From the NCBI GenBank assembly GCA_010909165.1, contig VJWM01000019.1:1-64000 (forward strand): a DNA stretch of 64,000 bases, given 5' to 3'. The notes under the pieces were generated by a model, which was not told where the DNA came from, did no database searches, and saw only the letters and a program-made list of their open reading frames with translations. This stretch comes from Anthoceros angustus. Lineage: Eukaryota; Plantae; Anthocerotophyta. Numbering within the stretch: position 1 is the stretch's first letter; each line of letters begins with the position of its first letter. Below, in pieces: positions 11,451 through 23,562 of this stretch. Position numbers and translations under genes: made by a program.

Positions 11451-14207
11451 TTAGGAACCCTTGTTGTAAATGTTCAAAAACTTACAACAGTGGCTTTGAG
11501 TCGTAAGAGTGTTGTAGTTTCTCTAACTAAACTTAGACCCATTTGTAAAGGTAGCCCCTCCTCAGTGGGCCATCAGTACCCACCCAAATCTCCCATCACC
11601 TCTTTCCTTTCATCCTTACCGCATTCCATAATAAGTTCTACCGGTGAGGTCCAAGACTACTAGACGTTTAAGGACTCCCACATCCTCGCCTAGCTAACCC
11701 GTAACCACGCCTCCTCCGTTCTCACTCATTCGCGACTCCGGGTTTGTCCGATGTATGTCTTCACAATCCGGTGGGTCGAGGTCGCAATGCCTCCGCGTGC
11801 GTATGCACAAGCGAGCTAGTCCGGCCCTTCATGCCTTAGCTTTCATGTCTTGTCACCAGCAATCGCCCTACTTATCCTCTCCTTCTCGCTCGTGAGGAGT
11901 GAGGTTGAGGCTCGCACTGCAACCATCACCACGCATTAGGGCTTGTCACGAGCCGAGGATGATCCTCTATGGGGTTGTCCGCCCACTTGGTGACTTAGGC
12001 AATATATTCACACCGCTCAGCGAACTCCGTGCAACAATGAGAACCAACCCCAAACGGAAAATCACATACAGGATGGCAACCTCCATCTTATATACCCAAG
12101 TGTGCCTTTATTAGCCTTAGCTGGCCCCTCACCCACTACCACACGGAGGGATACCGGATCCCTCGCTCGTGTCTACCTATGCCTATGGCATTGACCATCG
12201 AGGTGACCCTCCACCGCACCAATACATAATCTTCACGCCGAAGGGGTGCCAAGCCTAATTATTCTCGACCCCTGCCTTTCGGCAGGAGTCTGAACATCAA
12301 CCCAACCAGAATTGGGTCTCTCCCCAGGTCCTGCGCTGACAACTGAGGTCACCACAGTGTCCTCCTCTGCCTCTGCTGATAGCAGCACCGGGTTCTGGCA
12401 ATTCTTGCCTTGTCTTCTGGCAGGCCCCTGTGGAACGCCAAATTTTGGGTCCACAGTTAGAAGAGAGGCGGATGCCTCCTAGTTTTTTTCATATTAGTTA
12501 GGTTTCTTTTTTTCCTTTTTTTCTTTTCTCATCAGACAGTTACTCACGGGAAGATGAATCTAAGAGTGGCGGTGGAGAAGCTGGCTGATTTGCGATCCCT
12601 TGGATGGACGGAATGGAGGAAAACGGGCCTAAAAACGGTCCAATTTGGAAAGGACGGAGGTCAGTGGGAGGTTCGACAGGAGGGTTGGAGAACTTACGTG
12701 CGAGAGGTAGGTTCGGCCAAGACCCAAGCAGAGCAGGAGGGTTGGTGCTGGGCCTAGGGCGGGCGCCGTGTCACTCCCCGCCTTACTAATCGATGCGTGA
12801 GTAAAGTCCTTACTCCACCGAAGACGCCAGACGCAAGAGGGCTCTTCAATTCCCGGACAGCGCGTAATCTGGCAATCCAAAGAAGAAGGAGGGAGCAAGC
12901 CTACAAAGAAGGAGAAGAAGAAGGAGAAAGCGGCGAAGGAGAAGCCCGAGAAGGACCAGGCCGAGAAGGAGGGGCCGTGGTTTTTGTAGCCAGCGGCAAG
13001 TCTCCTCCAGGAGACTTATGGGATTTTCGATAGTGGGTCACGACTAAAGCCGGGTTTATGATAGGCACTAGGCCTATTCTAATGTGGAGTTGGTTGAGTC
13101 TTGCTACAGGCAGCTTGAACTGACGGAGGGAGAAACGGAGAATATGGAGGAGAGGAACGTGCGGATAGATCCAAAGGGATGGATTGTCCAGCACATTCGT
13201 AAGGTATATGGGAGGCCAGAGAGCGAAAGTGATGGTGTGGCTCCCACTGAGAGGAATGAGGATGGAAAAAGGGCAGTGGTGGCTGACCTTCCCGAGGAAG
13301 CTCTCAGCATGCTCATCAGAGGGGTAGACGCGAAGACGCAAAATGGCTGGAGGACAGATAAGATTGCTGACCTCAAGTGGAAACTTTTTACAAGGATAGT
13401 TTTGGGGCTGACCTGCTATCAGCAAACCACCTACTTCTAAAGGCATTCTTTCATTTCATGTGGAAGTCAAGCAAGGAGCTCACCGACTGGGGACAACCAT
13501 GTCGACCATCAAGATCACCGACAATGTTGAGGCCAAATATTGTGGACAACGAGGGGGCGAGACATAGCCATTTGAGTACTTACCTTGTGCAGTTGCGGGC
13601 AGCACATGGGTTACTGACAGAAGAAGAGCTGGAGGAGTCTTACCAAATTGCTTGAAGTGGTCCTCCTCGAGGGATGGTACAGGGTCCCTCTCTAAGAAGG
13701 TGAAGAAGGCAGAGGAGGAACCCAAGGTGGAGCAAGGAGTGCTTCACCTGTGGTGATCTTGGATGATGAGACCACCCCGGCGCCTGACGCTAAGGAAGAA
13801 GAGGTGTCATCGTGGGGAGAAGAGGTGGCACAAAAAGGAAGAGGTGGCGGTGCCACCATGTGTGTGTGAGGCAACCCCATGGAGGCGGTGGTGGTGGAAC
13901 TAACTCACCCAGGGAGATGACCAGTCACAGGAGTCCCACCCAACATCGATACCGAGTGGAGAGCCCACCAGAGAAAGGCCGAGTCCACCCCGGTGGAGGG
14001 GAATGAGAAGACTAAGGCTTTGAAGAAGGATCTGACCATCCGCCTAATTGATACTCCATTAGTGAAGCGGGCCTTACGGAGTAGGAGTTGGAGGTGAGAG
14101 TCGTCGCCGTGACCCAAGGCGATTGCCCTACCGTCAGGTGGGGAGAAGGATAGCAAGGCTATCCAGGAGATGGCGCTAGCAAAGGGGCGCCTAGTTGACC
14201 TAGAGAG

Positions 14208-14312
14208 TGATGAGAACAAGTGTTAATTCATTAGGGTTCAGTTTGGTACATATATAGTGTGAATTGTAGTTATTTTATAGCAATTGATCTACACCAATTC
14301 TCATATTTTTCA
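14208..14312 (+). repeat. 5' LTR (105 bp, internally deleted relative to the 3' LTR)
   Basis: The first 57 bp and last 48 bp are identical to the ends of the 3' LTR. Confidence 0.95.
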
Positions 14313-14324
14313 TGGTATCAGAGC
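14313..14324 (+). other. Primer-binding site TGGTATCAGAGC (tRNA-iMet)
   Basis: Canonical plant copia PBS immediately after the LTR's terminal CA. Confidence 0.95.
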
Positions 14325-15498
14325 CATGTTTAGGTGTAGATTGCATTTGTGAGAATGCACATAAAAATCTGCACATTCTGATGTGCAGGACAATGTATTT
14401 TGTTTATATGTTTTATTGTTGTTTTCTTTTAAAGAAACTACTTTAAGAACATATTTCAAGAAATAGGTTTATAGCTTTCTTGATTTTATATTTAGAAGAT
14501 TTGCATTTCTAGTAGGTTGTTCTAGTGCATCCATTGTCAGATTGCACTCAAGCAATCTGGCACTAGGCACGCTAGAACGCTAATTGGCAAATATTTAATT
14601 ATAGAATCATTCACAAAGTTACAAATGTTTCTTGAAAATAACAAAATACAAAAGCTGGCCAAATGAATGGCCAATTTGATGGACGGCAACAATGGCGACG
14701 CCACCGACGCATCCAACAGAGGAATGCTCACAGAGAACAACGAATTCAAGAGGCGGTGAATTTTGCGTAATCACTCTACCACCAAACCTGGATTGGATTC
14801 TTCAAACACAAGACCAGCTGAACTATCCCGGATTGTGAGAGATTCCTTCAATAACTGATTGAGGCGATCTTCCCACAAATAGCCATTTGTTGCTTGCTCC
14901 ACCACCCAGAATCAAATTAATCTTCCACCTACCGTGAACGGTAACCCTAGGGGTTTCCTGACAACACATACATCACCACATGTTAGTGTGTCACAATTAA
15001 ATGCAAGAATAGAAACACATCAACAATATGTTGACGAGCGTTTCAGAGCATCCGTCACAAGATAGTCAAGTTGACTTGCAAGATTTGAAGGAAGCGAATA
15101 GGACATTTGGACTTCAAGTTGCTTACCTTGCTTAAGCCCGCTTTGCTAACAAATCAGACGAGAGGTGTTGCTTGCAAAGCGTGCTAACAAGAAGTATAAG
15201 CAACACACTTTTGATGCTCCAAATTTCGCCCTTCATGCCTGCTTTATGCATTTAACGGATGGGAGATTAGACATCAAAGGATAGAAAATAGATTAGCAAA
15301 TCAACAGCCAATTTACCTCAAGTTGGTAGATTTGATCACCCTTTGTAGAAAGGGCTGCTCGCGATCTATCTAAGATGCAACAAGAGCATCATATTCCTTC
15401 CCTGCCTTCTTTCTCTTTGTACCTTGTCTGGATAGGTTACAAAGCTGCATACAGCCATTTCTCCTAACAGTTAGGATAGAATAATCACATTCTAACAA

Positions 15499-18400
15499 AT
15501 GGCTGACACCACTGTAACTGGTGATATTTTTAAGGAGAAAGATAGATTTGGGGGAACTGACTATGACATTTGGGTCATGCATATGAAAGGAGCCTTACAA
15601 AGTAAGAGGTTGTGGAGAATAGCAACAGGAGATGAGTCACGTCCAACACTTGATGCCTCTGTTGATGCTACTCCCTCTTCCTCTGAAAAGAAACTACAAG
15701 AAGCTTGGTATGTGAGGGATGAAGCGGCACAGCATCTGTTGAGAAGTGGACTAACCTCTGACATGCTGCGACAGACTTCTGGTTGTAATACATCTTTTGA
15801 GATATGGACCAGATTACATGAGCTGTACGCAGGGGTTAATACCACAAGTCAGATGACAACACTTCGCAACATACAAAATTGCAGAATGAGAGAAGGAGAG
15901 ACAATTGAAAAACATGTTGGGCACTTTAGATCCCTTGTTTCTAAGTTGGAAAGTGCTTCAGGAGGCTCTCGATGAGCTACTAACCTGTATTTCATGATGT
16001 CTCTACGACTCTTGGTCACATTTTGTGACCTCTTACAATACTTCACTACACAGGCTTCAAAATTGCTAGCAGTCACAATACCACACAACTTTTTCGAGTT
16101 AGTGGGAGCTCTTCTGAAGAGGCTAAGAGGACAGTAAAGGCCAAGCAGCTTTTACACCAAAAAAAACAAGGCGCAAGGCCCAACTTCAAAGGTAAGCAGA
16201 ATACCTTTCAAGGTGCTACGGCTCACGGCGAGGCAGATGGAAGAAACCCAAGAAGTCGGAAAATGCCACGTGCATTCCGTGACATTGGGAAAATGAATGT
16301 CGAAAGAAGCAGGCCGGAGTACCGCAAGGAGGGCAACTCTACCGAGACACATGTTGTGGTGAAAAGCAAGGCTCACCTTCCGCCTCTGTAGGGATTAGGA
16401 AGTTTGCATATCCTCTTGTTACCGCTTGTCTCGCAAACACACAAGGTAAACCACCGTGGAGTGGTACCTTGATACAGCAATACAAGACATATGCTTTGAC
16501 AAAATGCCTTTGTCACATACGAGTTAGTAGACAATCAATTTGTTTACTTAGGTGATGAGATCACTAGTGTCTCAGGCATCAGAGAAATTCCAGCCCTCCG
16601 GAGTTACACTCATCTTGAAAGATGTGTACTATGTTCCGAAATGACTAGGAATCTCATCTCTAGGAGACTCAACATGGATAATAATACTCACATCCTGTTT
16701 ACTCCTACAGTGTAGGATCATTGATGCCTTTGACCATCGTAAGATCCTAGCTTATGGGTCATCCTCACATGACCTCTTCCGTCTCGCAGATGACCATACA
16801 CAAACACATTTAGCTTCTAAGTCTACAGAATCTACTAGTAAGTTAGAAGTCAAAACTAAATTATGGCACGCTCGCCTAGGTCACCCACATAGTGCTAAGT
16901 TACATAAACTTGCACATAGTGACCTGTATGCTGATGGAAAAATTGGCACATTGCCACCTTTACCTCTCTGTGAAGCCTGTGTTTTATCCAAACGTCATCA
17001 GGCAGCTTTTAAAAATAAAGCTCCCTCTGAGGCTTGAAGTTCTTGAGTGGTTCACACGGACATCATGGACCTCTCTCACCTTCAATCGGTGGAGGCAAAT
17101 ATTTCGACATTCATGATGACAAAACAAGGTTTGTCATGGCTTATATCCTCAAAGCCAAAAGTGAGTGCTTTTCTTTTCAAAGAATATATGAAGTACAAGC
17201 ACTGGATCGCGTTAAAACCCTCGATCGGACAATGGGGTGAATTTACTTCTAGTGAATTCCAATCAGACAGACAGGAATGAAGGCAACTCACAGTTGTGTA
17301 TACACCACAGCAAAATGGTGTGGCAGAACACTTGAATCTGACCTTCCAGGAAATGACTTCCTCTATGCTTCATCAAGCTTCTCTGCCCCTTCGCTATTGG
17401 GCTGAGGCCCTTATGACAGCAGTGTACTTGCATAACAGGCTGCCTACTAATGCACTTGTAGGACAGACCCCTTATGAAGCCTTTTTTGGTAGAAAACCAG
17501 CTATCTTACACCTTAGAACCTTTGGATGCATAGCTTATGCATTTATCCCAAGAAGAAACGCCCCTAAGTTAGCTGCTAAAGCCAAGAAATATCTTATGAT
17601 AGGCTACACTGAAGGTATTAAAGCATATAAATTATACGATGTACCTGAGAACACTGTGGTTTATGCCCGCAGTGTTACTTTTGATGAACAACAAGTCTGG
17701 CAGCCAGTGGGAGCTCCTCCCACTTCTTTAGATGATTTTGATTTATCTGCTCTTCCTAACATCACTGTTTTCCCTGATCACCCTAATGAGGAGTTTGCTC
17801 TGGGGGGAAGACAAGAAAATGATAATGAGGATAACCAACGAAGCGCAGATCGAACTTGATTTTGTCGATATTCGTGACCAACCTTCTCATGCCCTCTCGG
17901 ATCGAACCCATTGTTCCAGCAGATGTTGAGGTAGTGACCTTGAGGATAGTGACCTTGAGGATATTCCAGCTCCTATTGAAGAGCCACCTTCTCTTATGCG
18001 CTCGTTATCCCCGCAAGAGAGACGTGCACCGATTATTATCAATCACAAGACTTTAGGGGACCTTCCATACATGTAGTTGATTTTGATCTTGATCCTGTGG
18101 AACCTCAGACTTATGAAGAAGCCTTAAATCGTCCTGACGCTGCTGAATGGAAGAAGGCCATTCAATCTGAATATGATTCTTTGATAAAAAATGGAACATG
18201 GGAATTAGCTAAACTACCTCCAGGACGCAAGCCAGTATCTTGCAAATGGGTGTTTAAGCTAAAGGTCAAGGCAGATGGTACCTTTGATCGTTATAAAGCC
18301 AGGCTTGTCGCCAGAGGTTTTTCTCAAGTACCAGGCCTTGACTACTTTGAAACTTATGCTCCTGTTGTTAAGCTGGCCACATTCCGCACTATCTCGTGCA

Positions 18401-19640
18401 TTGGCAGCACAATGACTATGAGCTTGACATGTTTGATGTAAAGAGCCTTTCTTACATGGAAAGTCGGATACGTAAATTTACATGCGACCACAAGGATACG
18501 AGGTCAAAGGAAAGAAGATTATGTCTTACGCTTAATTAAGACTCAGTATGGTCTAAAAACACTCTTGAATGGAATGTTGTCCCGGATGAAGAGCTGCGAA
18601 CGTTAGGCTTTGTCGATGTGTTTCGGATGGGAGCCTACGATACAGACAAAGAGGTGGTTTGTTACCTAGCGATATGTTGATGACCTCATATTGGCTTGTA
18701 ACACCCCCACCTTCATCAAAGACATAAACAAGCTATTATCAACCAAGTTTGAAATGACACACTTAGGTGCCTTACAGAGCTGTCTTGGTATTCTAATTCA
18801 GCGTGACAGAAAGAATAGAACTATCTCATTAACACAGCCACGTTACCTTCTTAGTAGTGCTGAACAACTTGGATTGAAGGATGCTAAACCTTTCGCAACT
18901 CCTTTGCCTTGTGGACTGAAGATGAGTAAAACCATGTGTCCTGATACACAATTAGAAAAAACGAAGATGAGTTTAGTCCCTTACAGACAGGCCGTAGGCA
19001 AACTCATATATGCAGCTAATACCACTAGGCCAAGTAGCTTATTCTACTAGTGTCTTATCAAGATCTCGGAAAACCTGTGGCAAACACATCGACGGTGTTA
19101 AGAGAGTTTTCGATACCTAAAGGGAACTCACAGCATTGGTGTAAAGTACAAGCACATACCTAGAGTGCCCTTACATCTTGATGTCTACACTGATTCAGAC
19201 TACGCTGGAGATATAGACACAAGGAAATCAATTTCTGGTTATGTTGTCATGTTGGCTGGAGGACCCATTTGCTGGTCTAGCAAGAAACAGCCTACTGTAG
19301 CCCTATCTAGCACTGAAGCAGAGTATCGGGTACTTACAGCTGCTGCAAAGGAGATAGCTTGGTGCAAGCTAATGTTCAAGGAACTTGGAATTCCCCTTCC
19401 AGCCTGCACCACAATCCACACAGATAACCAAGGGTCAATGAGCTTAGCACATAATCGCTTTTCACTCTGTGACTAAACATGTTGAAGTTGAGTATCACTT
19501 TATACGTGACCTCATCAAGTCTGGAGATATCAGCCTTGAGTATGTGCCTACGTCTGAAAATCCAGCAGACATTTTAACTAAGCCCCTAGGAAAGGAGCTA
19601 CATGAAAAACACATGAGAGTACTTGGCATGGGAAGCCATG
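15499..19640 (+). pseudogene. copia gag-pol polyprotein (frameshifted in this assembly)
   Basis: gag: DRFGGTDYDIW...EIWTRL (15499..15975). Degenerate zinc knuckle ~16261. Protease WYLDT ~16460. LWHARLGHP 16861. Integrase VHTD, YTPQQNGVAE (17296..17859). RT EPQTYEEA...CKWVFK...YKARLVARGFSQ (18097..) and YVDD ~18675. RNase H YTDSDYAG...SSTEAEY...KHVEVEYHFIRD...ADILTKPL. Confidence 0.95.
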
Positions 19641-20269
19641 AAGGCAATCCCACTGCCATTTCTAAGCCCTAGCCTACCAGGCTATTCACAACCCCAATCG
19701 ATCATTCATCATTGTCGAATCTCCATGAGGAGATTTAAAGGAACCCCTACTCTCGAGGTGGTGGAATCACCAAGCTTCTCCCATGAAGCATATTCCATGT
19801 TGTCGAGGAAAAGACTTCATTCTCCGAACGAGGAGACTGTCTCTTCTTCCTCGAGGAGATTCTCCCTAGATTCCAAGCTTTGCTCCTCCTCCGCCGCTCT
19901 TGGACCGTGGAGGAGATAGTGAGCAAAGTCGACAAGTGATGATAATGTGGGGGTTAGGAAATAATTATGCCACAAGCTACCATTACCAAGAGGATAAGGA
20001 AAAATTCAAAACAACAACAAGAGAGACAATAAAGAAGGTGCATGGGCGGAGGCTATCAGAGAAGCCGATCACATGGCCTTTACACTCCACGAACATTTCA
20101 ACCCTCACTCTCTTCATGGTGATGCCAGAAATTTGGCACTTGTACCACTGGGCTGCCGGCACTTCCCAAGTACCGTGTGATCACCTTGGTCTCGACATAA
20201 CGTTGCTTGAATCGGAAACTGCTTGGAACAGAGGACGTTGGTCGACACCTTCATTCGAACTCACCTCGA

Positions 20270-20740
20270 TTAAAGCGCCTGTTTCACAACATGCGGCACG
20301 AGCTCAGAGCTCGGATGGCCGCCCATAGCACCGGCTCTTGAAGATCCGGCAGCCCTAGCCGCCCTCACACGCGCGATCGAACCCTTGCCCGCATCCACGC
20401 CTAAAGAACGTGTTGCAGCTCGTAACTGACCTAACTTCCCACCGATGTTGGAAAGACGAAAGCTTGGAGGGGAGACGGAGAGTCCAGATGTAGCGATGTC
20501 ACGCCGCTGGTTCAAGCTAGCCTTGGTAGTGCCCCGCGGCCGCCCCCGCGGTCTCCTAACGCCGCTAGCTCCTCCTCCTCCTCGTGCTTGTGTATCTGGC
20601 TGTCTTGCAGGTTGATGCTCTTCCGCCCGTGCTCCAATGGCAGTTGTTCTAGCCACAGGCGATGTGGTGAACCTTCCTGCAGAGTCTCGCTGGTACGCGC
20701 GCCGCTTGGCTGCTCGAGCATCGTGCACCGGAGACGCCAT
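20270..20740 (-). CDS. Putative antisense ORF in the copia 3' region with an AT-hook-like RRPRGRPRG motif
   Basis: 156-aa ORF with ATG start, basic and Gly/Arg-rich, lying between the pol end and the PPT. Coding status is unproven and GC-rich DNA can produce such ORFs by chance. Confidence 0.35.
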   Translation of the reverse strand: MASPVHDARAAKRRAYQRDSAGRFTTSPVARTTAIGARAEEHQPARQPDTQARGGGGASGVRRPRGRPRGTTKASLNQRRDIATSGLSVSPPSFRLSNIGGKLGQLRAATRSLGVDAGKGSIARVRAARAAGSSRAGAMGGHPSSELVPHVVKQAL

Positions 20741-20957
20741 TGTTATCGCTTAGCCTTCGCTCAACGAGCTTTATTGCCGGAGGCATGGGACGTAAATGGC
20801 AGCTACAAGAAGCGCGAATCAAGATGGTCGCCTTCACACACACCGCCATCTTGAGCTTACGTCCCAAAGTACACACAAGGATCGTGAGATTCTCAGGACT
20901 CAGCCTTCACAACACCGGACGTAGTGGAGGGGAGGCAAACCGACTCCATAATAATTA

Positions 20958-20968
20958 ACAAGTGGGAG
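20958..20968 (+). other. Polypurine tract (ACAAGTGGGAG)
   Basis: Directly precedes the TG of the 3' LTR. Confidence 0.8.
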
Positions 20969-21215
20969 TGATGAGAACAAGTGTTAATTCATTAGGGTTC
21001 AGTTTGGTACATATATAGTGTGAATGCGTTCATAGCTATTATAAGTCTAGGTGCCCGTTCATTAGGGTTACGTCCTTATGAAGGGGTGTGTCTATTGACC
21101 CCACCTAGGTTAAGTTCAGTTATTTTGCTTGTGGTTTACATACTCATTGTTTTAACAAATATAATAATGTAGTTATTTTATAGCAATTGATCTACACCAA
21201 TTCTCATATTTTTCA
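20969..21215 (+). repeat. 3' LTR (247 bp)
   Basis: TGATGAGAAC...ATTTTTCA followed by the TSD. Contains a TATTATAAG TATA-like box at ~21038. Confidence 0.95.
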
Positions 21216-22739
21216 GAGAGAAGGTTGGGGCTCAGCAAGATTGAAGAACAGAGGTTAAGACAAGAAAGTAGGGAGCGAATGAAGGAGTGTACGCCTCAAT
21301 CGTAAAAATTGAGGAGACCGTCCTATATGGGAAGGAGTGGTAAGAAGAACTCACCCTTCAGCCGAGAAGGAAGAATGGGACGATTGAAGACTGCCCTGGG
21401 AGGCCGAGGCGCCAAGAAGAATGAAGGATCGAGGCCAAGCTCAAGGAGCCGGAGGAAGGACAAAGCCACATGGAGCAAGGAGCGTGAGGAGCTCACAAGC
21501 AAGCAACGGAGGCCGACCAACGGTGGAAGGAAGAGGTAGCCCACCGAGGAAAATGATGCATCGTGATGTCGGTCGTCAGAAGCAACGCCCAGCTGATTAT
21601 GCATGGCAACAAGGGATCGAGGCATGGAAGAGAGATGAAGAATGTCACTTCGCTTGAGTGAGGTGACGCTTGAGAGGGATGCTATGGTAAGATAGCCTCG
21701 AGAGTGGCCCGAGGAATTTGATGAGATTTGTTTGAAGGGCCGTGAGATGTGTCCACTTACATGCTAGGGTCAACAAGTTTGCCAAGGAGATGCGCCCTTG
21801 TTGACAAGGAAGTTGTTGGGTCCCCACGATGACGATGTGGAGATTTTGAAGAATTGCACCTCAACTCGGAGATCTGTGACTTGGAGAGTGAAATGGATGC
21901 GTAGGCTCAATGTGGGAGGAGCCAATGGAAGAGGAAGAGATTTCCAGCAGCCAGAGTTGGTGGGGTGTCTGGCAGACAGAGCTGCACCAACACCCAACCG
22001 CCTGAGGTAATTGCGGCGGCAGACTGATGGCTACAGAGAGGCCGCTGCTCTACAAGAGCGCCTGCAAGAGGGGTACCGCCCATCAGCCAAGATCGCCGAG
22101 ACAGTGTGGAGGTTCCCGCCGCGACGACGAGTGAAGAGATCCGGAGGGATGCCCCAAGCCAAGAGGAGGAAGACGGTGGTTGGGCGCCCGCCATGCCAAC
22201 CCAAGAAGAAGTAGGCGATAGTTGGTAGGGGAGTGAATGGGTCATTAAGACCCCTAGGGGTTAGTGGGATTGTTAGGAGGTAGGTTAAGAACCTTTAAGA
22301 GGCCACCTACTTAAAACCAGCAACCCCACCTACCCCACAAACTTAATTAATGCTAGGGTTTGGGGAGCTCCTATAAGAGGGGAGGAGCTCCCATAATAAA
22401 ATGTCATGCCTTGCTCTCACGACATGTGTGTGCTTGTCTTGCTACACAAGCGTGCGTCTTACCGTGTGAGGTGCATGGTGTCCAGTAGGGTCTTGAGGTG
22501 CGGTGACCCGGGGTGAGGCGGGCCCAAACCTTTCTTCTGAGTAGGTAGGTGGCGTTAGCGGTGAGGAGGCGGCATTGTGGTTGCGGTGCGGTCAGTGGTG
22601 AAGGAAGACCCCTAGCAAAATCCGGAGGGCGTCACTGCCAAATGTCTCCTAGGTCGTGAGGCAATGCCCTATGATCTGAGGCGATTCTTTGGGAGGCCGG
22701 AGGCGCCAGGCGATAGTTAGCTAGGAAGAGGTGGAAGAG

Positions 22740-22921
22740 GTAGATTAGAGAGGAAGAGGAGAAAGAGAAAAGAAAGAGGCGAGAGAGGCGAGAGAGAGAG
22801 GCGAGAGAGGCGAGAGGAGCTAGAGAGGATAGGGAGCAAGAGAGGAGAAGGAAGGAGCAAGAGAAAAGAGAAAAGACAAAAAGAGAAGAGAGGAGGAGAA
22901 ACCTAGAAAAGAGAGGGAAGG
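22740..22921 (+). repeat. Purine-only GA-rich tract including (GAGGCGAGA)n
   Basis: Direct reading. Confidence 0.85.
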
Positions 22922-23328
22922 TGAAATTTCAAAAGTGTGACGAGCTTGAGGGGCGGCCCCAAATTTGTCACGAGAAGGGTCTTGGAAGTGTAGGACTCTG
23001 GTGGGAGGATTGCCTATGCGGTGACTTGGGGGTCCAGGTCGCTTGGCTGAGATTAAGCGGTGCCTCTCATGACGTGAGTCATGTGAGTCATCGCGTAGGG
23101 GTGTGACTTGGGATGGGTCACCGGGCGGCGGTAGGAGGGGCGGTTAGTCGGTCAGGCGCGCTGTCGGGAGGTCGATAGTCGGTCGAGGTCGGTCAGGAGG
23201 GCACCTCCATCCGTGCGGGAAGGGCTCCCCACTCCTTCGTGGAAGCGAAACCTCTGAGGCAAGCGGTGGGATAAGTGTGGCCTTCTGAGTGAGGAGGTTA
23301 GGGGTCAGGGAACCTCCCACCACAATGC

Positions 23329-23562
23329 GTGAAGATGTTGGTGAGAAAATCTTCAATCAATGACATAGATTATAATCCTGAGGTGGAAGTAGATGAGGAC
23401 GTAAATACTGAAGACATGGATGCTGATGTACATGAAGAACACGAACAATCGGATAAAAACTTTAGTAATGGAGAAAATGTAGGTATTAAGGCTGATGAGC
23501 AATTGGAGGAAGACTTAAATATCCAAGAGGGTTTTCAAATTCATGGAAGACTTAAATTATAG
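23329..23562 (+). pseudogene. 3' fragment (acidic tail only) of the array gene at the island/array junction
   Basis: ORF KMLVRKSSINDIDYNPEVEVDED...HGRLKL. The upstream U-box is missing. Confidence 0.8.

Larger units (their letters stand above)
14208..21215 (+). mobile_element. Full-length Ty1/copia LTR retrotransposon with 5-bp TSD GAGAG
   Basis: TG...CA LTRs at both ends. GAGAG at 14203-14207 and 21216-21220. PBS, gag, PR, IN, RT and RH occur in copia order, followed by a PPT. Confidence 0.97.
12554..22214 (+). mobile_element. Older unclassified (probably retro-) element with a long degenerate ORF, split by the copia insertion (parts 12554-14207 and 21216-22214)
   Basis: Protein-like ORF pieces 12797..13033, 13084..13440 and 13377..13655 (GVDAKTQNGWRTD...SHLSTYLVQL), then an E/K-rich low-complexity region that continues across the GAGAG target site. 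No RT or transposase is visible, so the class is inferred. Confidence 0.45.

Noticed and set aside
11530-12455. LTR of the old element ending in ...TCCACA (with a CTGTGGA/TCCACAG hairpin)
   Set aside because: No second LTR copy, canonical PBS or TSD could be found.
22363-22392. GGGAGCTCCT/AGGAGCTCCC inverted repeat around TATAAGAG as a regulatory hairpin
   Set aside because: It is two copies of a short self-palindrome with no supporting context.
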